32,000 nucleotides of DNA, taken from contig CAYHAA010000002.1 in assembly GCA_964354495.1 (NCBI GenBank), positions 120,001-152,000 on the forward strand, given 5' to 3'. Under the pieces are notes generated by a model. The model was not told where the DNA came from. It saw nothing but the letters and a program-made list of their open reading frames with translations, and did no database searches. This DNA is from an uncultured archaeon. Lineage in GTDB: Archaea > Asgardarchaeota > Thorarchaeia > Thorarchaeales > Thorarchaeaceae. The stretch's first letter is position 1; each line of letters starts with the position of its first letter. A program made the translations under genes and the position numbers. Positions 26,664 through 32,000 of the stretch are shown in pieces.

Positions 26664-26678
26664 GGGGTACCTGGCGTT

Positions 26679-27029
26679 CTGCAGTACTCATCGCTGTATA
26701 ACCTACTAGGTTGGCTAGTCTTTAGCGGACCGCTCCTCTGTTGGATTGAGCTGCTCATTCTCGAAAGAAGGAAGGCTTCAGCAGCAGCAATGACATACTC
26801 ATTTGGAGCAGTTCTGAGTTTCTGGGGTCCAGGGATGATAATGATTGTTGCGGATTTCATTGAGTTGACGCGCTGGACAAATCTGATTGGACATATCGGG
26901 GGTTATCTATTGATGCTCCTTGCACTCATCCAGCATTACTTTGACCTGAGGAAGAGTAGAATCTTGGCAGAAGAAAATAATAGTTCACTAGAAGAGCAAT
27001 TCACCTGTGTGCACCGAACACCCAGATGA
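26679..27029 (+). CDS. Small 3-TM membrane protein, start uncertain
   Basis: The frame is open from 26664, directly after the TAG of the previous gene and in the same frame. It contains a further TM (LYNLLGWLVFSGPLLCWIELLIL) upstream of the first ATG at 26790. CTG 26679 or GTT 26676 are candidate starts. Confidence 0.55.
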   Translation: MQYSSLYNLLGWLVFSGPLLCWIELLILERRKASAAAMTYSFGAVLSFWGPGMIMIVADFIELTRWTNLIGHIGGYLLMLLALIQHYFDLRKSRILAEENNSSLEEQFTCVHRTPR

Positions 27030-27059
27030 AATACTCAAGAACAGCTGTTCTGTCCGTGA

Positions 27060-27725
27060 CTATGCGAATCCTCGACTCAAACCTGCGCCACCTGCGCCGA
27101 ACTTAATCTGAGTATACCTCGCATCCTTACCGGGTTCCTCTCCTTTCAACTCACGCTTCAACTTTTCATAACAGCTTTCACAAGTTGATTCGAGTTGGAA
27201 CTTAGACTTGTTGAGTTTAAGCGAATCCTTGCCAAGCCCTTCGACGAAGTCGTGCGGTACTAGCAAGTCAATGTCAGGCGCTGCGTGTATTTTTTTCTGA
27301 AACGCATCGAAGATGCCACCGCCAACAACCAACGAAAGATGGCTGGCAGTATCAAACCAGAGATCAACGACATGACCTATCTCGAAGCCATCTGAATCAA
27401 CGACCTTGCGCTTCGCAAGTTTCGAGAATTTCACGTCGGTCTTTGCAATGACTTCCTTATCTATCGTTTTGCATAGCGAGTCGCTATCGATTCTTAGGTA
27501 CACTCTGTCTGAAACACTATCAATATCGGACACGCTGCAGACAGGGTCAATATCAGGACGAGCTCCAATCGCCTCTAGGAGCTCTTCGACCCTCCCGCCT
27601 CCAAGGATAAGATACTTCAAATCAAGCCTGTTGCCAGAAACACTGAAGATTCCGTCGGACACTACACCAATCTTCTCACCATTCGAATCTATAACATCCT
27701 TGTTCCTGATCTCGCCATATTTCAT
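27060..27725 (-). CDS. Tandem PRC-barrel domain protein
   Basis: Two repeats: NKDVIDSNGEKIGVVSD...LILGGG...PDID and KRKVVDSDGFEIGHVVD...LVVGGG...PDID. Start set at ATG 27725 (MKYG). Confidence 0.88.
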   Translation of the reverse strand: MKYGEIRNKDVIDSNGEKIGVVSDGIFSVSGNRLDLKYLILGGGRVEELLEAIGARPDIDPVCSVSDIDSVSDRVYLRIDSDSLCKTIDKEVIAKTDVKFSKLAKRKVVDSDGFEIGHVVDLWFDTASHLSLVVGGGIFDAFQKKIHAAPDIDLLVPHDFVEGLGKDSLKLNKSKFQLESTCESCYEKLKRELKGEEPGKDARYTQIKFGAGGAGLSRGFA

Positions 27726-27775
27726 ATTGCAACACTGAATCATAGTAACCACACACTACAATACACAATTGTTAA

Positions 27776-27783
27776 TATATAAA
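27776..27783 (-). promoter_or_regulatory. Putative TATA box for the PRC-barrel gene
   Basis: TTTATATA on the minus strand about 50 nt upstream of ATG 27725. Confidence 0.45.
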
Positions 27784-27881
27784 ATTTCCCCTTTTCTCGG
27801 AGAACCCGAAAGCTCTGGAGATGTGACTCTAAAAGAAAGACGATGAGAACCCAGTCAGGGCTCACCAGCAAGTCTAGAGAA

Positions 27882-28184
27882 TTAGTACACTTCTCGAGGG
27901 CTTTCTCGCAATCTGTCCGGTAATTTACCGCCTTCACCAACGACTTCAAGGTCGTGGTCTCGGCCCACTCGACCACCATCATTGCATAGGAACCCCGATT
28001 TGGTGATTCCGCGTGCCTGACGCTCAGCAGCACGGCGAGCAATCATGCTCTTCCCAGCAGGGACAGTCATTACTAGCTTCTTTTTGCTCCCGTCAATTGC
28101 CAGAAGAATGGCACTATCTGCAGAGTTGCGCGTGGTCTCAAAGAACTGAGAGGTCGACTCATTAAACTCAAGGTAGACTGGCAT
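27882..28184 (-). CDS. Small protein, probable single gelsolin-like domain
   Basis: Order of elements: strand SAILLAID, strand KKLVMTVP, long helix KSMIARRAAERQARGITK, strand LEVVGEG, short helix. This matches the gelsolin-domain pattern by eye. Confidence 0.5.
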   Translation of the reverse strand: MPVYLEFNESTSQFFETTRNSADSAILLAIDGSKKKLVMTVPAGKSMIARRAAERQARGITKSGFLCNDGGRVGRDHDLEVVGEGGKLPDRLRESPREVY

Positions 28185-28276
28185 TAGGATTCTAGTCCTC
28201 CAATGGCTATGACAGTTCTATTTCTCAGCTGAGTGCATATTAATGAATCTCGCGCGAGTTCCAAACCATTCTATGC

Positions 28277-28960
28277 CTATAGCAAGTGAGCTGTACCACA
28301 ATGTGGACAGACAACAGCGTCATCAAAATCGCCTGGTAGTGGCAACGGTGCATCGCAGTTCTGGCATTTCAGTTCCTTAATTTGAGTCCGGTCCACTTGT
28401 GTGAGTTTTATTTTGAAGACCCTCTCTGCAACATCTTGAATGGTCTTTCCGACCCTCTGAGCCGCACGCGCAATTTCACTGCGTTCAGGATCCGTGAGAG
28501 ACCCCAAGCCAACCGCCTGAAACACGCCATCAATGGCTCTTCCGATTTTACCGATTACTGAGCCCGCTTTCCAAGCAATGACGTCCGGGGTGTGCAATTC
28601 ATAGATCTCAGAATCAGGGTGACTTGGAAGTTCATATCCGCTCTCCCAATCAACTCGATCAGAAGTTTCGGGTGCAAGAGGAGTACCACAACTTGGACAG
28701 GTGAGTCTCCAGTCGGGTTTCTTGAACCAACCTCTCTTTATCTTCTTCTCGCCAATATCGTACCAGCATCTTTTGTGAGCAATCTTCCCGCAATTCGGGC
28801 ACGCAAAGAGGTGGTACATATCAGGACTGGCTTTGGTCTTGGTTCCAGTATGGACCTTTAGGTAAGCCAAGTCATTGTCTGTCCAGTTGAGCAGATAACG
28901 ACCACAGATGAAGCATACCTTTCCATCGAGTTTGTTCATCTTCTCAGGAGTGATTCGCAT
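28277..28960 (-). CDS. C4HC3 (PHD/RING-like, Prok-RING-like) zinc finger protein with C-terminal zinc ribbon
   Basis: C-x2-C-x34-C-x2-C-x4-H-x2-C-x22-C-x2-C, then a helical region, then CQNC...CPHC. Start ATG 28960 or 28939. Confidence 0.75.
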   Translation of the reverse strand: MRITPEKMNKLDGKVCFICGRYLLNWTDNDLAYLKVHTGTKTKASPDMYHLFACPNCGKIAHKRCWYDIGEKKIKRGWFKKPDWRLTCPSCGTPLAPETSDRVDWESGYELPSHPDSEIYELHTPDVIAWKAGSVIGKIGRAIDGVFQAVGLGSLTDPERSEIARAAQRVGKTIQDVAERVFKIKLTQVDRTQIKELKCQNCDAPLPLPGDFDDAVVCPHCGTAHLL

Positions 28961-29107
28961 AGTAGATTGCCTCAGTCTACGGAAGGTAAACGAGGATATA
29001 AGAACCTTACAACTGATGCAAAATCCAGATTCGAAACTGACGAGTCGTGAAATCATGGATGCCGAAACTCTATTAGCAGGCTTTGTCACTTCGTTGAAAT
29101 CAGCTTC

Positions 29108-31843
29108 TTGATGTCAGAGGAGGTATCAAAGATTAGCAGCACTACGCTCGTTGTTGATTTGAACGATATTGATGCGAAAGCTCTGTCTGCAACGGGAGGA
29201 AAAGCCTCGAATCTGTCATTGTTGGCAAGATCAGGTTTCAGGGTGCCCAAGGGGTTTGTTGTAACTACTGAAGCATACTCCAAGTTCACTCAGTTGAATG
29301 ACCTCAACAGCCTGGCCAGTCGGTATCTAAAGAATATCACTCATAGAGATATGGAAAACCTTGGTCAAGTTACTGCAGACATGAGAAGACGGGTCGAGGA
29401 AGCTACTCTACCAGATGATCTTGTTGCTGCAGTAAAGTCAGCATATGTACTGATGGGTTCAGGACCTGTGGCCATCAGGTCTTCTGCAACGGCAGAGGAT
29501 TTGCCTGATGCTTCATTTGCCGGCCAGTATGATACTTCGCTCTATATAGAGGGAATAGATGATGTTCTAAAACACATCAAGCATTGTTTCAGTTCGATGT
29601 GGACTGAACGAGCAGTTGCCTACCGAGAAGAGAATCATATTCCTCATGAACAGGTCCGATTGGCAGTTGTGATTCAATCAATGGTGAATGCAAGATGCGC
29701 TGGTGCGTTGTTCACAAATAACCCTCTGTCCGACTCCAATAACGAAATGATAATTGAGTCCAACTTCGGTCTTGGTGAATCTGTGGTGTCTGGATATACA
29801 GTCCCAGATAGGTACGTCGTATCGAAGGGTACTTCCAGACCAAGGGAATATTCTCTCATCAGTCGGGAAATAGGCTCTAAGGACATCATGGTTGAGAGAG
29901 CATCGACGGGAGAAGGTGTTCAGCAGTCAAGCATAGGATTTGAAATGAGCCAACAATCATCATTAGATGATTGGCAGGTCATCAGATTGGCTGAACTGGG
30001 TGACTCAATTGAGGAGTTCTTTGAATCACCTCAAGATGTCGAATGGGCAATTGACCAGCAGGGAGAAATCCATCTCCTGCAATCCCGTCCAATAACGGCT
30101 AAGGCAAGAATAATGGGCAAAGACAAGGACGAGATCTTCTGGACTCGAGGATACGCCGACGATTACTGGAACGATCCCGTGACGCCTCTATTCTACAGCC
30201 TGCTAGGGGACCAGATAACATACATTGTGAACATCGAAGCTAATGCAGTAATGGGCTACAAGAATATGCCCGATACGCTTCTCAAGCTCTACAAGGGACA
30301 TGCCTACTTCAATCTCGACGTGCTTCGCACGAAGGTCGTGAATGAGATGCCGCCGTTCATCAGATCAGACGATGTGATGAATTACTTCCCAGAGGGATCT
30401 GGACCGTACGGCAAGGATACCATGAGGAAACTCCCCTTCGCCCTCCCAACGAGAATCATGGCCGAGATTCGAGTGATGCTACTTGATGCCGATGGCAGTA
30501 TGACGAAGACAAACTCAGCGTACGAAAAATGGACAAAAGAGACCTTCGAGCCAGCATGCAAGGTCTTCGACTCGAAGCTGGAAAGCCTAAGGGAAAACGG
30601 CACCCTAGAGGATTATATTGAGATTGCAGATGACCTAGATAAGACGATGATGCGTCACTTTAGAATGGTCAGGTACGGTCTTCCAGTTCATACGCTCGGC
30701 ATGAATCTGATCACCAATTATCTGCTAAAGCGATGGTTGGGCGAAAAGGCTGCAACTACACTGTATCCGATTCTTCTCTCTGGTCTCAAACACAAGACCC
30801 GCGAAACCAATAGGAGAATCGATGAGCTTGCTTCAATCATTCGAGATAGTCCTGAACTCACGAGAATCTTGCAGGACGTTCCTTCTCAGGATCTTCTGGT
30901 TCATTTCCGAAGACAACCTGAGGCGGGTTCTCTGTTTATGACGAAGTTCGATGAGTTCATGGTTGACCTAGGTGACCGTGGTTTCACGAGAGAGCCATAC
31001 TTCCCGAGATGGAGAGAGCATCCAGCCTATGTTTTTGACATACTGAAGTCACTCGTGTCTGAGGGATCAAGAAACCTGAAGCAAGGAGAAGAAGATCTGG
31101 CACAAAAGCGTGCGAAAGCCGAGAAGCTGGTAGTAGAGGTAATTCGCGCTCAGAGATATGGCCCCATCAAAAAGATGCTCTTCTCAACCATCCTAGGAAT
31201 GGCAAGAACTTATGTCTGCTTCAGGGAGAATCAGAGGTTCAATCTTGACCGCTGGATCACTCGTGAGAGAAATGCATACCTCGAGATTGGCAAGCAACTT
31301 GTCAAGAAAGGATACTTTGGAGAGCCAAAACATGTGTTCTTCCTCTTTAGAAATGAGTTGAGAGGGGTAGTGAGGGGCAAATCGAAACTTGATAAAGAGA
31401 ATGTCAAAAGCCTTGTTGCGGAACGCTACGAGGAATTCCTCAAGTATGAGAACATCACGCCCCCAAAGTTTCTGCATGGCGATAGAGAGTTTGATGACCC
31501 AATACCGACATCTGCCGAAGGTTTCAAGGGAATGCCTGCAAGTCACGGATTGGTTACGGGGCAGGTACGTGTGTTAGCGAGCGTTGAGGAAGTTCCACAG
31601 GTGCGAGCTGGTGAAATACTGATCGTGCCGCGAACAGATCCCGGATGGACTCCGGTCTTTTCCAAAATAGGGGGTCTTATCACAGAAACTGGAGGAATTC
31701 TCTCTCATGGTGCAGTGGTAGCACGCGAGTTTGGCATTCCTGCTGTCACTAATGTGCGGAATGCCTGCCAGGTTTTCAAAACAGGACAAAGAGTGACAGT
31801 AGACGGAAATAAGGGAATTGTACTTAGGCTTGATTCGGAGTGA
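29108..31843 (+). CDS. PEP-synthase-superfamily phosphotransferase with Rph-type architecture (ATP-grasp, substrate domain, phospho-His swivel)
   Basis: GGKASNL, AIRSSATAEDLPDASFAGQYDT, QDVEWAI and LQSRPIT at the N-terminus, and TETGGILSHGAVVAREFGIP at the extreme C-terminus. No PEP-binding barrel. Alternative start ATG 29111. Confidence 0.9.
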   Translation: MMSEEVSKISSTTLVVDLNDIDAKALSATGGKASNLSLLARSGFRVPKGFVVTTEAYSKFTQLNDLNSLASRYLKNITHRDMENLGQVTADMRRRVEEATLPDDLVAAVKSAYVLMGSGPVAIRSSATAEDLPDASFAGQYDTSLYIEGIDDVLKHIKHCFSSMWTERAVAYREENHIPHEQVRLAVVIQSMVNARCAGALFTNNPLSDSNNEMIIESNFGLGESVVSGYTVPDRYVVSKGTSRPREYSLISREIGSKDIMVERASTGEGVQQSSIGFEMSQQSSLDDWQVIRLAELGDSIEEFFESPQDVEWAIDQQGEIHLLQSRPITAKARIMGKDKDEIFWTRGYADDYWNDPVTPLFYSLLGDQITYIVNIEANAVMGYKNMPDTLLKLYKGHAYFNLDVLRTKVVNEMPPFIRSDDVMNYFPEGSGPYGKDTMRKLPFALPTRIMAEIRVMLLDADGSMTKTNSAYEKWTKETFEPACKVFDSKLESLRENGTLEDYIEIADDLDKTMMRHFRMVRYGLPVHTLGMNLITNYLLKRWLGEKAATTLYPILLSGLKHKTRETNRRIDELASIIRDSPELTRILQDVPSQDLLVHFRRQPEAGSLFMTKFDEFMVDLGDRGFTREPYFPRWREHPAYVFDILKSLVSEGSRNLKQGEEDLAQKRAKAEKLVVEVIRAQRYGPIKKMLFSTILGMARTYVCFRENQRFNLDRWITRERNAYLEIGKQLVKKGYFGEPKHVFFLFRNELRGVVRGKSKLDKENVKSLVAERYEEFLKYENITPPKFLHGDREFDDPIPTSAEGFKGMPASHGLVTGQVRVLASVEEVPQVRAGEILIVPRTDPGWTPVFSKIGGLITETGGILSHGAVVAREFGIPAVTNVRNACQVFKTGQRVTVDGNKGIVLRLDSE

Positions 31844-31848
31844 CCATC

Positions 31849-32000
31849 ATGGAACCATTGACCCATAGACCAACGTCGAGACATCATCAATGGAATGAGA
31901 GCTACTACTTCATCTTCTACGACAAGGACAACAACATTGGCGGTATGAGTAGATTGGGCTTCAAGCCCAACAAGAAGGAAGGTATGACATTCTTCTTCTT
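31849..32000 (+). CDS. 5' end of a WNESxYF-motif protein (AttH/CrtC/tocopherol-cyclase-like beta fold inferred), partial
   Basis: MEPLTHRPTSRHHQWNESYYFIFYDKDNNIGGMSRLGFKPNKKEGMTFFF..., starting 5 nt after the phosphotransferase stop with GGAGTGA SD, and running off the right edge. Confidence 0.7.
   Translation, partial: MEPLTHRPTSRHHQWNESYYFIFYDKDNNIGGMSRLGFKPNKKEGMTFFF

Noticed and set aside
28961-29089. N-terminal extension of the C4HC3 gene to GTG 29089
   Set aside because: It would leave only 18 nt between divergent starts, and the extra residues look non-coding. ATG 28960 or 28939 is preferred.
29108-31843. Calling this gene PEP synthase (ppsA) or rph
   Set aside because: PpsA has a central His domain and a C-terminal PEP-binding barrel, which is absent here. 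Rph specificity cannot be read from the divergent middle domain.
1-32000. CRISPR arrays, IS/transposases, integrases, rRNA and tRNA genes
   Set aside because: No regularly spaced repeats, terminal inverted repeats, recombinase motifs or cloverleaf/rRNA signatures were seen. GTTCGA-like hits (e.g. 25534) lack flanking stems.

Overview
Gene-dense archaeal chromosomal window with about 33 CDSs and no rRNA, tRNA, CRISPR array or mobile element that I can support. The gene content points by inference to an Asgard archaeon, probably Thorarchaeia: two Rab-like small GTPases, a longin-like protein, an adaptin/gamma-COP-appendage-like protein, a gelsolin-like protein, a C4HC3 zinc finger and a NosD-type surface protein. 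Readily recognised genes are CopA, AlkD, a divergent Fpg/Nei, a dolichol/phytol-type kinase, tandem SRPBCC, REC-GAF-PAS, a GbsR/MarR regulator, a PAS3 histidine kinase, DUF362, HtrA, two EamA paralogues around an ABC-2 exporter operon, a tandem PRC-barrel protein and an Rph-architecture phosphotransferase. The best candidates for undescribed biology are: (1) a small GTPase / Zn protein / longin / tandem-7TM (7+1+7) operon at the left edge; (2) a membrane-anchored coat-appendage-like protein beside gelsolin-like and PHD/RING-like genes; (3) a switch-like structured leader before the ABC operon; (4) a DNA-repair module with an Fpg lacking its catalytic residues and a 14-bp palindrome. All domain calls are by-eye motif recognition; no searches were run.
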